NCBI RefSeq assembly: GCF_002113885.1
Contig: NW_018408386.1
Location: 13,957 to 77,956, forward strand
Length of the DNA stretch: 64,000 nt
Reading direction: 5' to 3'
From: Mizuhopecten yessoensis
Lineage: Eukaryota
Under the pieces are notes generated by a model. The model did not search any database. It was not told where the DNA came from and saw only the letters and a list, made by a program, of their open reading frames with translations. The position numbers and the translations under genes are program-made. This document shows, one piece after another, positions 43,625 to 57,886 of this stretch. How positions within the stretch are numbered: the first letter of the stretch is position 1; each line of letters opens with the position of its first letter.

Positions 43625-43916
43625 ATGGGTTCTGTCCCCAGGCTGGGACATACCTAAGTCCTTAAAAATGGCAGTTGTTAAAACTGGTTCACACGTTGTC
43701 AGTATAATGTGACCGGGTGGAATGCTGTGCTGGGTGCCTTCGGCAGGGTATTTCAATGAGATAGCACTATAAAGTCGGCATCAGATCCGCGCAATAACAA
43801 GGAGGCAAATACACTAACATAAGCTGTCTCCGGCACACGTACACATTATGTACACTTACACAACACAAATGGAGGCACGTCAAAAAATGACCTCAGCTGT
43901 TAATAGGACGTTAAAC
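43625..43916 (+). mobile_element. SINE with Meta-domain-like core (5' truncated/degenerate)
   Basis: Degenerate B box GGTTCTGTCCC; core GTCAGTATAATGTGACCGGGTGG...CTTCGGCAG...TTCAATGAGATAGCACTATAAA; tail AAATGACCTCAGCTGTTAATAGGACGTTAAAC. Confidence 0.7.
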
Positions 43917-43920
43917 TATA

Positions 43921-44385
43921 TTTTTTTTTTTAAGTTCAAGTTCTTTATTAACTTTGAGTCTTGCGACTCATCAGTGTAACACATATACATGATATATATA
44001 TATATATATATACTTTCTCATAACATTGACAAATATCGAAAATACTAATAAATACACAGACGAGACAAAACACTCGGAGAGCATAACTACTTATGTTAAT
44101 AAAGCTCTTCTTGAATTTGCAGCTTTAATGTATTTGGCCAATTTTGCTAATTCATTTGTGTTTTGTCCGTTAAATAACTGAATTAATTTAAACATGCTCG
44201 GTTTTTTACAATAGTACTTTTTTAAAATTTTCTCACGTAAATCAGAATAACAGGGGCATTTAAGAATAAAATGAAATTCATCTTCGACATCATCTATATC
44301 AAAAGCGGTACAGATTCTTAAAAGTCGCGGAATATTTTGATAACGACCTTTCTCTACATTTAAATTATGGGCTGAAAGCCGAATT
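43921..44385 (-). mobile_element. 5'-truncated LINE (RTE-X-like) 3' end
   Basis: Minus-strand frame 44384-44091: IRLSAHNLNVEKGRYQNIPRLLRICTAFDIDDVEDEFHFILKCPCYSDLREK...ALLT* (C-terminal Zn-knuckle-like motif of ORF2). 3'UTR hairpin TGAGTC-TTGC-GACTCA, then AATAAA-GAACTTGAACTT and poly(A). Confidence 0.9.
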
Positions 44386-44496
44386 TATAAAACCAAACCA
44401 AGCCAAATACTGCATGTAGTGTAAAGTGCGGATACATGTGATTAAGATTCCACCGTTCTACATGTTTTTTATAACACGTGTCCATCTTATTCCGTG

Positions 44497-44729
44497 AAAC
44501 AATTGGCCAAGTGGTTTAGGCGTCTGACATTCTGCTACCACTAGCCCTCCACCATTGAGCCGCAGGTTCGAGGCCTACGTGGGGCAGTCGCCAGGTAGCG
44601 ACCGTAGGTTGGTAGGTTTTTCTCTGGGAACTCCGGCTTTACTCCACCACCAAAACCTGGCACGCCCTTAAATGACCATAGCTGTTAATTAATAGGACGT
44701 TAAACACAAACAAACTAAACCGAACCAAA
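44497..44729 (+). mobile_element. Full-length tRNA-derived V-SINE-like element
   Basis: A box TGGCCAAGTGG, B box GGTTCGAGGCC, V-like core GGTTTTTCTCTGGGAACTCCGGCTTTACTCCACC, (AAAC)n tail; flanking direct repeat TCCGTG (44491-44496 / 44730-44735). Confidence 0.85.
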
Positions 44730-47694
44730 TCCGTGTTCACTTAAACGCTTTGAATATTAAACAAAATAGTTTTTTGAGTTAGTAAGTTGGGAGGGAGGAA
44801 GAAGAGGAAGAGGTTGTGAAGTTAAGATAACTTAAAACCTGTCAATATTTTTTTACTAATTTCAATCAAGAAGGTCATCATTTAGAAAGATGTCTCGACA
44901 AGTCAATAGAATACCAAGACAACGAAGTAGTTGGGTACAAGTGACAATCTCAATAAGTGTATCAACATCATCACATTGCTTTTAAACATGATACTGTTTC
45001 AACTAACATTCATAATCGTCACGTTTTACAACGCGGAGTCTTGCTGACTCGCCCCAGGGCATACATGTAACAGTTATCAGAACTGTTTTATTTATTTGTA
45101 CATGTAAACAATTAGTATCTGTTGAATTATTCTAAGTGCTGTTCATTCTAAATTATTTCTCTCCTGTTCTCATTTCCCGTTTATTTTGTTTGAGGATCAA
45201 TTATTTCTTCGTGTCTCCTTTTGTTTTCAGATTTCTAAGATCAATATTGCGAGTCGTGACAATGCTGACAATTTAGGGTGACAATAACAAAGAGATAATT
45301 GCCGCGTATTGATTCCACATGTAATGTTAAGCATATTAATTAGGACGAAAGTGCCTCTAACTTTCCATCATTGCAATAATCAGTCTTTTTCCTTTCTGGC
45401 AGCGGTTTCTCTTTGAATGCAGAAAAATTTAAATGATGATAAAATCAACAAAATTAGACATTTTTCATTTGAACAGAAATTGGGTGTGCAGTTGATGGAG
45501 AATTTCCTCAATACAAAGGCGATGCTTTCTATGATCTGATGTGCAGGCTGTCAGAAGTTTGTAATATAAGTGGCAGACGTTTTGAGATATCTTTTTGCTG
45601 TGCATTTGGAAATTAAAATCAGGAAGTGTGTAGCAATACGCTGTCTCTGTCAGCTCCATTAGTTAGCAATCTGTACCCGATTTACGCCATTCAAACGCGC
45701 CCGGTATCGATACACGCCATTCAAACGCGCCCAGTATCGATACACGAACGAATATGTTCACTTTGTGTTTCTCTTTTATCTGTAACAGTAGTTTTCATCT
45801 CTGCTGTTTTATGTTAGATTTGATTTGACGTTCTGTTGTCGGTGTCCCGGCCCGAGGTCTGTCTCGGATGGACAATTATAGATGGACGTTATGACAAGCA
45901 GATGGCCAGTCGGAGACGTCCAGACTCTCGACGGTGCTGTCACATCTTTTGGTATCGTGAAATCACGTTTCCGCATGCACTAAATAACGCGCAATCTATG
46001 AAGTGCACGTGACCAATACGATCCTCAGACATTCTTGATTTACACATACATGCACACGTATACCTTTGAATATCCGCAACTGTATCTAAACATTACAAGT
46101 ATTAAGGTTCATCCCTAATCACACTATTTTAAATCCATTAAGCTTTCTTCGTATTATTTCTTTATTTGATGTAAATTTATACAATTCATGAAGTAGTCAA
46201 TCAGCAATGGTTATCTCATAAAGCTGATTTGAAAGGAATCTTTTGTGGGAGATTTAACTTTATATTAGGTTGATACATACGTAGAAAAGCATTCGGAACA
46301 CCTCGGCCGATATTTCATCTTCGATTGACGAAACTGTAATCGGGGCGAGGTGTTTCGAATGATATGAAAGCCTAACAACAGATTTGTACTAAACAGGCGA
46401 CAAAAAAAGTTCCAATACATTTTAAAGTACAAATCAGAGAGTAATGACAAATCTATACACTAATCTGGTAATACAGTAATTTCGTTACATGTAAATTTAC
46501 ATCGTGAGTTTAATCAAAACTACAAATTATATCTTGTGATCGATTTTTCCTTCAGTCCTAACTATTTTTGTGTGGTTCAGCATTGTCCTTACAGGCGATG
46601 CCCCATGTGGTAAATTTTCGATTCAATACATTCGCTGACTCGAAATACGATTTCCTCCCCAGAGGAATCAGTCTAAGTTTCTTTTATTTGTTTTGTGTGT
46701 GTTTTTTATGGATAATTCCAACGCAGTGTACTTATGTCACGTGACTCAGGATATATCGTCATAGAGTACTAACTACAAACTGAAATACTTACACTTCAGG
46801 GGAATAACCCCAAAACCATTTAAAAGAAAGAAAAAAAAACCACAGTTTACAGCGGACTTGAGGATGAAGAATGGGGTAATTGTGTACTCTCAAAGTGTTT
46901 TACGATGTGATCAATACATTCTTCCAACTTGTCTACGAATGAAAAATGACTTTAACAGCATAATTGGGTTTTAGTATATATTGTTAAGGAGTTTAGTGCA
47001 GAAATGTTTTAAGTAGAAACGCATTCATCTAACTTTAGGTCACAATTAGGACAAACAGCCTATAAGACCAGTTCACAAAACTAAGCTTCCCCGAAACGTT
47101 GTCTCAATAAAAAACAACATCGTAAAGGACAAACAAAGATAACTTTATACCGCTGACTGTTTGTCTCAATCTTTTGTTTATATATATATGAAGGGATCAA
47201 TACAGAAAGATTACAAGCCACAAACCCATTGCCTGACGCTATGGCACACGTGTAAGTAAGGACAGAAACAGAAAAATCCAAGCTCCAACCTTATTATCTA
47301 ACATTGTACTTCTACTACGAATACAAAAAAATGGACAAAAAGAGACAAATGCTATTCACTGTCACTTTTTGTCGAGTGCTGAACCGTAATACGAAGTTAC
47401 AATCCCAAAGCCTATTGTCTAACGCTTTTTCACTAAAAACCAGGACAAGTAAAGACGGAAAAAAACTCGTACCTCATCGTCTTCCACTGTATGAAATTTA
47501 CCAGAGATAGTATAGAGACGAATACACGCTCGAAACTCATAGTCTTTCACTATGTCTCAATTATCAGGGTCAAATAGAGATAAAAACAAGCTCGAAGCTC
47601 TTGTCTTCCCTGGTGCGACAATTAACATACAATCTCCGAATTCTTGGTCTTACACGTTCCAACTGTCGCCTTCTAGCTTCAAGCTAGAGGAAAT

Positions 47695-47760
47695 TTCCTT
47701 TAGCTCAGTATTAGAGTGCTAGGAAGTCTGGGATCGCGGGTTCGATCCCAGGTGGAAGCA
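47695..47760 (+). pseudogene. Degenerate tRNA-like sequence
   Basis: TAGCTCAGTATTAGAGTG (D arm/A box) and GCGGGTTCGATCCCAG (T arm/B box), TTCC/GGAA ends; the anticodon arm is too short for a functional tRNA. Confidence 0.55.
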
Positions 47761-48601
47761 CACTACTCTCTTTTCTGTTACAAATGATGTCCGAAGCCCT
47801 TCCTGTGGTGAGAGGGGGTTAGAACCTGTGTCTTTGTCTTACACTGTACCACAATTAGCAGGGACAAATAGAGGCGAGCACAACCTCCAAACCCATTGTT
47901 CGACACTAAACAATGATAAACAGGGACACATAGAGATAAATACAAGCTTTTAACTCCTACTTCTTGCTGACTCCTTACCCAACTCCTCGTCTAAAATACG
48001 AACTTTGAAGTCGTTGAACCAGACTTAATGTTTCGGTATTAAATGTTTGTCAATGCTTGCCTTCTTACCTAAGAGTTTATTAGATGAGTATGTTACGATC
48101 TAACAGTCCGGGGGTTGATGGGCGTAATTATATGTTAATGGGATGCGGAGGTTACGTTTTAGTTGGGTTATGATATAGTAAAAAAAGATCTGATGGCGGC
48201 TAATGACGGTATTTCAGATATTTCAGGATGATGTCTTTCTTGATGGCGGTTTTGCCTGGTCCCGTAGGTGACGCCATCACATGAGAAAAGTGCTCCAGAA
48301 ACATGATGAAAAGTACCCGAAAGAATATCTTTGAAGACGCTTAAAAAGGGTTCAAACTTATAGATTCAAACGCGGTGACTGTGAATTTTTAGAAATGATT
48401 ACTGCCGATTTTGCATGAGGATATTGGGAAATAGCACAGAAGGTAGTTGAACTTAGTATATATAAACATGCAGAACAAAAATCACTGTGTGTTATGAAAT
48501 ATAAATATATTGGACTACTATACCAGGTATGTCGGTTTACGTCTGCTTCCATTGTGTATTCAGTTTGGCGCCTTACAAGTCTTGCCATGTTTAATTTACA
48601 G

Positions 48602-48730
48602 ACCTGGACCCTCACGAACACTGTGTGCCCTGCTTCTTCCCCCAGAACTGTCTGGACAATAACACGTGCGCCGAGGGGTCTTACGGCATCAGCTGTGAGA
48701 AATGTGACCACAGGGACTCCACCGAAACAG
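48602..48730 (+). CDS. Coding exon 2: Cys-rich ectodomain
   Basis: TTTACAG| acceptor and CAG|GTATAT donor; 129 nt, phase 1-1. DLDPHEHCVPCFFPQNCLDNNTCAEGSYGISCEKCDHRDSTET (CxxC, C-x-x-G-x-x-G-x-x-C-x-x-C). Confidence 0.9.
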
Positions 48731-48812
48731 GTATATATAGACATTACTCATTTTACAACAATTCTGATTCATTGTTTTCCAACTGATCTTAATACATATT
48801 GCATGCCCGAAT

Positions 48813-48972
48813 GAAAGCGCCCCGAGGGTGTGAATGTGTGAGGGAACTTGAGTACATGGAGAAAACCAACGGGGTTCAGTAACCCAATACTTTTGATATG
48901 CATTCGAGGAATCGAACCCCGGCCGTTTTGGTAAAAGGCGAATGCACTATCCACTGCGCCACCCGACCATCC
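48813..48972 (-). mobile_element. tRNA-derived V-SINE-like element (partial)
   Basis: Minus strand: GGTGGCGCAGTGG (A box), GGTTCGATTCC (B box), GGTTTTCTCCATGTACTCAAGTTCCCTCACAC (V-like core). Confidence 0.8.
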
Positions 48973-49164
48973 CAAAACAGGTACAAACTACACGTGAACT
49001 AGGGAAACTGACAGAATCTGCTTCACTCATAATGAGTTACATGTGACACCTGTATGTGTGTGAGGTTGTACAGGTGCAAGTGGTCAAAGAAAAGCCCGAG
49101 GTTAACCGAGTGTTGTCTTGGATATTTATACCGAGGATGAACTCTATATCTATGTGACCATAAC

Positions 49165-49740
49165 ATACACAGTACCTGTGATCGCCATAGCTATAGATCT
49201 TTGATCTCAACATACCTATGACCTATGATCTCCATAGCTCTAGATCATTGATCTCCCCATGGACATATGACCTCCATAGCTCTAAATCTTTTATCTCAAC
49301 ATACCTGTGACCTCCATTGGGCTAGATATTTGATCTCAACATACTTGTGCCCTCGTTAGCTTTAAATAGTTTACCTCAACATAATCGTGACCTTCATAGC
49401 TCTAGATCATTACCCTCGACATACCTGTGACCTCCATTGGGCTAGATAATTGACCTCAACATACCTATGACCTCAGTAGCTGTAGACATTTAACCTCATT
49501 ATAACTGTGCCTTTCATGGCTCTAGATCTTTGACCTCACCATACCTTTGACCTCTATAGGTCTAGACCTTTGACCTTGTGATACCTTCGACCTCAATAGC
49601 TATAATATATCTTTGACCTCAACATACTTGTGACCTCCATAGCAATAGGTCTTTGATCTCAACATACCTGTGACCTCTATAGCTCTAGATATTTGACCTC
49701 AACATACATGTGACCTCCATATCGCTACAACCTCCATATT
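49165..49740. repeat. 40-bp diverged minisatellite (~14 copies), intron 2
   Basis: Unit ACATACCTGTGACCTCCATAGCTCTAGATCTTTGATCTCA. Confidence 0.9.
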
Positions 49741-51159
49741 CAATGTATCTCTATGACCTACTTATCCCTCGTGCCAACATATCAATGTAACCCTTTATAT
49801 TTCTTTAATTTCCGTTTTAATGTAACACCTTAACTCTGTAACTTCCGTGTCGCTATGACCTTCATATCTCTGTTGTGACCTTTCGGTGCCCTCCAAAAGT
49901 TTTTATGTATCTCTATACTGAGTGAAGTGTGAATATCTAAATGTTATCAATGGACTGAGAATGACGTCTAGTCAAAACAGTTGACATAACTCATACCCAT
50001 CTGCATGATGACATTAGCGTCATAACATGGATAAAGTGACATTAAGTTTAAAGCTTTTTAGCTATGATAGACGAAAAATAAATTAAAGAAGACAAAGCGA
50101 TCGAAAAAGAATAGTGGTCCACCCAACAGCTCCCGCAGTTTAGAGATATAATCAGCTTTGACAACCAAACTCTGGTATAAATTGGGTTACTGTTGTATCT
50201 CATTGGTTTCCACTGCAAAGACGATAAACCAAAATTAATCCCGAGGCATTCCAAAAGAGAAGACAATCGGAATACCTCTAGTTTAATTAGGGTAAGCAGG
50301 ATTTAAATAAAATCAGCGGTGTACACCAGAGTGCCGTCAATTTGAGTTTATGAGTTTATAATGTACGGTAACCCTGTTACGTTAAGGCTAGGACCTGTTT
50401 CTACCACAAATAAAATAATGACGAAGTTAAACGCCTTCAAGATATTGACCTGAAGTAAAATTAAACTAGCGTTTATTTGAAAATATAACCCGATTAATGA
50501 TCATTCTTTGCGTAGTGCCAATCAGGGAATACAACTGGGGGCAATGAAATCATTAGATCTGATTTAATTTTGATATCCATTAAACTTAATGTAGTTTTTA
50601 TTTACAGCAAAATTTAATAATGAAAAATAAAAAAAAATAAACATTTTTTTAAAAAGGCTACGTTTAAGCAAGTTTGGATTGCCCAATCACAAGATTGATT
50701 CTTGTAAAATCTTTAAGAGAACTCAGCGGTTCTTCGGCGACAGTAGAACACAGTTAAATTTCTAGCACGGTGGTAATTATAACAACATAATTATATGTTC
50801 CTTTATCATTTATCATTAGTAATCGAAATCCTCTATGGAGTATCAATGATTTAAAATAAAAAGGTATACATTTTGTCGGAAGTCACAAATACATTTGCAA
50901 ATGTTTAAATTCGATGCCACACTTGGTTTAAGTTCACAGGACCTGTACCTTAGAATATGATGGATTTTACAAATTCCTTTGTTTGCTGTACACTAAAAAA
51001 GTAACATTCAAAAATAGACATTTGCTATTTGAACATTTTCACACTACCAATTATAATGTCAGAATTGATCCGAATATTCGCTGATCCAACCTGATTCCAC
51101 ATGTTAATGTTTATACGTGTATTTTGTAAACGTAAAAATACCGGATATTTATATCTTTT

Positions 51160-52385
51160 ATAGTTGACACATGTTTACTTTAGTGATTTGACACATGTAT
51201 ACTTTGGTGGTTTGACACATGTTTACTTTGGTGGTTTGACACCTGTTTACTTTGATGGTTTGACACCTGTTTACTTTGATGGTTTGAGACATGTTTACTT
51301 TGATGGTTTGACACATGTTTACTCTGATGGTTTGACACATGTTTATTTTGATGGTTTGACACATGTTTACTTTGTTGGTTTGACACATGTTTACTTTGAT
51401 TGTTTAACACCTGTTTACTTTAATGGTTTGACACCTGTTTTGCTTTGATTGTTTGACACATGTTTACTTTGATTTTTTGACACATGTATACTTTGATGGT
51501 TTGACACATGTTTACTTTGATGGTTTGACACATGTTTACTTTGATAGTTTGACACATGTTTAATTTGATGGTTTGGCACATGTTTACTGTAGAGTTTGAC
51601 ACATGTTTACTTTGATGGTTTGACACATGTTTAATTTGATGGTTTGACGCATGTTTACTGTAGAGTTTGACACATGTTAACTTTGATTGTTTGATACATG
51701 TTTAATTTGATGGTTTGACAAATGTTTTCTTTAATGGTTTGACACATGTTAACTTCGATGGTTTGACAACTGTTTACTGTTTGGTTTGACAACCTGTTTA
51801 CTTTGATGGTGTGACACCTGTTTACTTTGATTGTTTGACACCTGTTTACTTTGTTTTTTTGACACATGTATACTTTGATGGTTTGACACATGTTTACTTT
51901 GATGGTTTCACACCTGTATACTTTGATGGTTTGACACATGTTTACTTTGGTGGTTTGACACCTGTATACTTTGATGGTTTGACACCTATTTTCTGTATGG
52001 TTTGCCACATGTATACTTTGATGGTTTGACACATGTTAACTTTATGGATTAACACACGCTTATTTTATGGTTTGACACATGTTAACTTTGATGGTTTGAC
52101 ACATGTTTACTTTTATTTTTTGACACATGTATACTTTGATGGTTTGACACATGTTTACTTTGGTGGTTTGACACCTGTATACTTTGATGGTTTGACACCT
52201 ATTTTCTGTATGGTTTGCCACATGTATACTTTGATGGTTTGACACATGTTTACTTCGATGGTTTGACACATGTTTATTTTATGGTTTGACACATGTTAAC
52301 TTTATGGCTTGACACATGTTAACTTTATGGATTGTCACATGCTTAATTTATGGTTTGACATATATTAATTCAATTGTTTGACACA
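51160..52385. repeat. 24-bp minisatellite (~50 copies), intron 2
   Basis: Unit GACACATGTTTACTTTGATGGTTT. Confidence 0.96.
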
Positions 52386-53046
52386 TTCCTATTTTTCATC
52401 TTTATAATGACAATGTATAAAGGATCTTAAATGAGTTTTCATTTCATATGAGATTTTATGAAACGAGTCTTAAGATACTTTTTATCACATAATTCAGAAA
52501 ACTAACATTTTGACAGGTTTTAAAGCCAAATTGTAGAGGGCTTAATCGAACGGAGACAGCCATTTTGTTGCGCCATTCATAATTTATGACATCACGTCAT
52601 TGTCAATATAATGACGTCACAATCGATTTCTGACTGGCACAGCCAATGGAAAACGCTCCAGGGATAAGGGTGTGTGACATGTACGGTGTGAGGGTGTGTT
52701 TAGGTGTCAGTTTGGTAAGTCAGTTGTGGAGGTTGTGTTTGATGGCGATTGTTGGGAGTGGATGTATGTTGTCAAGTGTTAGTTGGAGAATGTTCGTTTT
52801 TCATGTTATGCTTATGAATTAGACCATTGTTTTTTTAGCTTAATTGTAATTGACTAAAGCTGAAGTGTTCCATCATCAAACACTCCTGTGTAAATGTCAG
52901 ACAAACGAAGTTATTGAAAAAGTAAATATAGAAAAGCAATCAAGGTACGGTAATACATCAGCTGTTTACTCTATACAGAAATATAACGATATATGAAGTA
53001 ATTATATATCATAGCGTTTGGTTTGGATTTTCTTTACCCTCTTTAG

Positions 53047-53180
53047 AGTACCATCGTGTTGGAAACCACTGCGTGAGGTGTCTGTCCGGACCCTGGTCGG
53101 CCTTGATCTTCGGTGTGTTCGTCCTCATCCTGGTTCTTATCTCCCTGATCAACGGTTTCACTGTGTCTGTTTGTACTAAG
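53047..53180 (+). CDS. Coding exon 3: end of Cys-rich domain + TM1
   Basis: Polypyrimidine tract + CTTTAG| acceptor, AAG|GTCAGT donor; 134 nt, phase 1-0. EYHRVGNHCVRCLSGPWSALIFGVFVLILVLISLINGFTVSVCTK. Confidence 0.92.
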
Positions 53181-56100
53181 GTCAGTCCTCAAACATATCT
53201 AACCTCCTATCGCTCTTACAAGTGTACCTAGCACCAATCCTACAAGTGTACCTAGCACCAAGCCTACACGTGTACCTAGCACCAATCCTACAAGTGTCCC
53301 TAGCACCAATCCTCCACGTGTACCTAGCACCACTCCTACACGTGTACCTCACACCACTCTAACATGTGTACCTAGCACCACTCCTACACGTGTACCTCAC
53401 ACCACTCCTACACGTGACCAATCCTACACGTGTACCTAGCACCAACCCTCAAGTGTTCCTAGCACCAATCCTACAAGTGTACCTAGCACCAAGCCTACAC
53501 GTGTACCTAGCACCAATCCTACACGTGTACCTAGCACCAACCCTCAAGTGTACCTAGCACCAATCCTACAAGTGTACCTAGCACCAATCCGACTAGTGTA
53601 CCTAGCACCAATCCGACTAGTGTACCTAGCACCAATCCTACAGGTGTACCTAGCACCAATCCTAAAAGTGTACCTAGTACCAATCCTATACGTGGCCCTA
53701 GCACCAATCATACACGTGTACCTAGCACCAATCATACACGTTTACCTAGCACCAATCCTACACGTGTTCCTAGCACCAATCCTACAAGTGTACCTAGCAC
53801 CAATCCTACACGTGTACCTAGCACCAATCCTAAAACTGTACCTAGTACCAATCCTATACGTGTACCTAGCACCAATCATACACGTGTACCTAGCACCAAT
53901 CCTACACGTGTACCTAGCACCAAGCCTAAAACTGTTCCTAGTACCAATCCTATACGTGTACCTAGCGCCAATCATACACGTGCACCTAGCACCAATCCTA
54001 CACGTGTACCGAGGACCAATCCTACAAGTGTACCTAGCACCAATCCTACACGTGTACCTAGGACCAATCCTACAAGTGTACCTAGCACTAATCCTACTAG
54101 TGTACCTAGCACCAATCCTACACGTGTACCTAGCACCAATCCCACACGTGTACCTAGCACCAATCCTACACGTGTATTACACACCACTCCTACACGTGTA
54201 CCTCACACTACTCTAACACGTGTACCTAGCACCAATCCTACACGTGTATCACACACCACTCCTACACGTGTACCTCACACCACTCTAGCACCAATCCTAC
54301 ACGTGTACCTAGCACCAATCCCACACGTGTACCTAGCACCAATCCTACACGTGTATCTCACACCACTCCCACACGTGTACATCACACCACTCCTACACAT
54401 GTACCTAACATCAATCCTACACGTGTACCTCACACCACTCTAACATGTGTACTTAGCACCACTCCTACACGTGTACCTCACACCACTCCTACACGACTTA
54501 GCATCAATCCTACACGTGTACCTAGCATCAACCCTACACGTGTACCTAGCATCAACTCTTCACGTGTACCTCACACCACTCTAACACGTGTACCTAGCAT
54601 CAATCCTACACGTGTAACTAGCATCAATCCTACACGTGTACCTAGCACCAAGCCTACACGTGTATTACACACCACTCCTACACGTGTACCTCACACTACT
54701 CTAACACGTGTACCTAGCACCAATCCTACACGTGTATTACACACCACTCCTACACGTGTACCTCACACTACTCTAACACGTGTACCTAGCACCAATCCTA
54801 CACGTGTACCGAGCACCAATCCTACACGTGTACCTAGCACCAATCCTAAAACTGTACCTAGTACCAATCCTATACGTGTACCTAGCACCAATCATACACG
54901 GGTACCTAGCCCCAATCGTACACGTGTACCTAGCACCAATCCTACACGTGTAACTAGCATCAATCCTACACGTGTACCTAGCACCAATCCTTCACGTGTA
55001 CCTAGCACCAATCCTACACGTGTACCTCACACCACTCTAACATGTGTACTTAGCACCAGTCCTACACGTGTACCTCACACCACTCCTACACGACTTAGCA
55101 TCAATCCTACACGTGTACCTAGCATCAATCCTACACTTGTACCTAGCATCAATCCTACACGTGTACTTAGCATCACTCCTACACGTGTACCTAGCACCAA
55201 TCCTACACGTGTAACTAGCATCAATCCTACACGTGTACCTAGCACCAATCCTTCACGTGTACCTAGCACCAATCCTACACGTGTACCTCACACCACTCTA
55301 ACATGTGTACTTAGCACCAGTCCTACACGTGTACCTCACACCACTCCTACACGTATACCTCACAACACGTGTACTTAGCATCAATCCTACACGTGTACCT
55401 ATCACCAATCCTACACGTGTACCTAGCACCAATCCTTCACGTGTACCTAGCACCAATCCTACACGTGTACCGAGCACCAATCCTACACGTGTACCTAGCA
55501 CCAATCCCACAAGTGTACCTAGCACCAATCCTACAAGTGTACCTAGTACCAATCCTACAAGTGTCCCTAGCACCAATCCTACAAGTGTACCTAGCACCAA
55601 TCCTACACGTGTATCTAGCACCAATCCTACACGTGTACCTAGCCTCAATCCTACACGTGTACTTAGCATCAATCCTACACGTGTACCTAGCATCAATCCT
55701 ACACGTGTACCTAGCATCAACTCTTCACGTGTACCTCACACCACTCTAACATGTGTACCTAGCATCAATCCTACACGTGTACCTAGCATCAATCCTACAC
55801 GTGTAACTAGCATCAATCCTTCACGTGTACCTAGCATCAATCCTACACGTGTACTTAGCATCAGTCCTACACGTGAACATAGCACCAATCCTACACGCGA
55901 ACCTAGCATCAATCCTACACGCGTACCTAGCATCAACTCTTCACGTGTACCTCACACCACTCTAACATGTGTACCTAGCACCAATCCTACACGTGTACCT
56001 CACACCACTCTAACATGTGTACCTAGCACCAATCCTACACGTGTACCTAGCACCAAGCCTACACGTGTACCTAGCACCAATCCTACACGTGTACCTAGCA

Positions 56101-57886
56101 CAAATCCTACACGTGTACCTAACATCAATCCTACACGTGTACCTAGCATCAATCCTACACGTGTACCTCACACCACTCATACACGTGTACCGACACTCAT
56201 ACACAAGTACCTAACATTACTCCTACACCTGTATCTCACACCACTCTAACATGTGTACCTCACACCACTCCTACACGTGAACCTCACACCACTCCTACAC
56301 GTGTACCGACACTCATACACAAGTACCTAACATTACTCCTACACCTGTATCTCACACCAATCCTACACGTGTATCTCACACCACTCCCACACGTGTACAT
56401 CACACCACTCCTACACATGTACCTAACATCAATCCTACACGTGTACCTCACACCACTCTAACATGTGTACTTAGCACCACTCCTACACGTGTACCTCACA
56501 CCACTCCTACACGTATACCTCACACCACTCCTACACGTGTCCCTCACACCACTCCCGCACGTGTATCTCACACCACTCCTACACGTGTACCTCACACCAC
56601 TCCTACACGTGTACCTCACACCACTCCTACACGTGTACCTAACATCAATCCTACACGTGTACCTAGCACCAATCCTACACGTGTATCACACACCACTCCT
56701 ACACGTGTACCTCACACCACTCTAACACGTGTACCTAGCACCAATCCTACACGTGTACCTAACATCAATCCTACACGTGTACCTAGCATCAATCCTACAC
56801 GTGTACCTACCACCAATCCTACACGTGTATCACAAACCACTCCTGCACATGTACCTAACATCACTCCTACACGTGTACCTCACACCACTCTGACATGTGT
56901 ACCTAGCACCACTCCTACACGTGTACCTCACACCACTCCTACACGTATACCTCACACAACTGCAACACGTGTACCACACACTTCTCCTACACGTATACCT
57001 CACACAACTCCAACACGTGTACCTCTTACCACTCCTACACGTGTATCTCACGACACTCATACAAATGAACCTAACATTACTCCTACACGTGTATCTCACA
57101 CCACTCCTACACGTGTACCTCACACCACTCTAACATGTGTACCTCACACCACTCCTACACGTGTACCTCACACCAATCCTACCCGTGTATCTAACACCAC
57201 TCCTACACGTGTACATCACACAACTCATACACATGTACCTTACATCAATCCTACACGTGTACCTCGCACCACTCTAACATGTGTACCTAGCACCACTCCT
57301 ACACGTGTACCTTACACCACTCCTACACGTTTACCTCACACAACTCCAACACGTATACCACACACTTCTCCTACACGTGTATCTCACGACACTCATGCAC
57401 ATGTACCTAACATTACTCCTTCACGTGTATCTCACGACACTCCTACACGTGTTGCTCACACCACTCCTACACGTGTACCTCACACCACTCCTACACGTGT
57501 ATCTCACACCACTCCTACACGTGTACCTCACACCACTACCGCACGTGGTGTATCTCACGACACTCATCGTGTACCTCACACCAATCCTACACATGTACCT
57601 CACACCACTCCTACACATGTTCCTAACATCACTCCTACACGTGTACCTCACACAACTCCAACACGTGTACCTCACACCACTCCTACACGTGTATCTCACG
57701 ACACTCATACACATGTACCTAACATCACTCCTACGACGTGTATCTCACACCACTCCTACACGTGTACATCACACCACTCCTACACGTGTACCTCACACCA
57801 CTCCTACACGTGTACCTCACACCACTCCCGCACGTGTATCTCACACCACTCCTACACTTGTACTTTAACCACTCCTACACGTGTCC

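Noticed and set aside
45818-45951. GC-richer segment with AG/GT borders as an extra coding exon in intron 1
   Set aside because: The phase-1 frame hits TGA after 3 codons and the other frames also contain stops; exons 1 and 2 join without it.
47695-47760. Functional tRNA gene
   Set aside because: Anticodon arm is truncated and the acceptor stem is imperfect.
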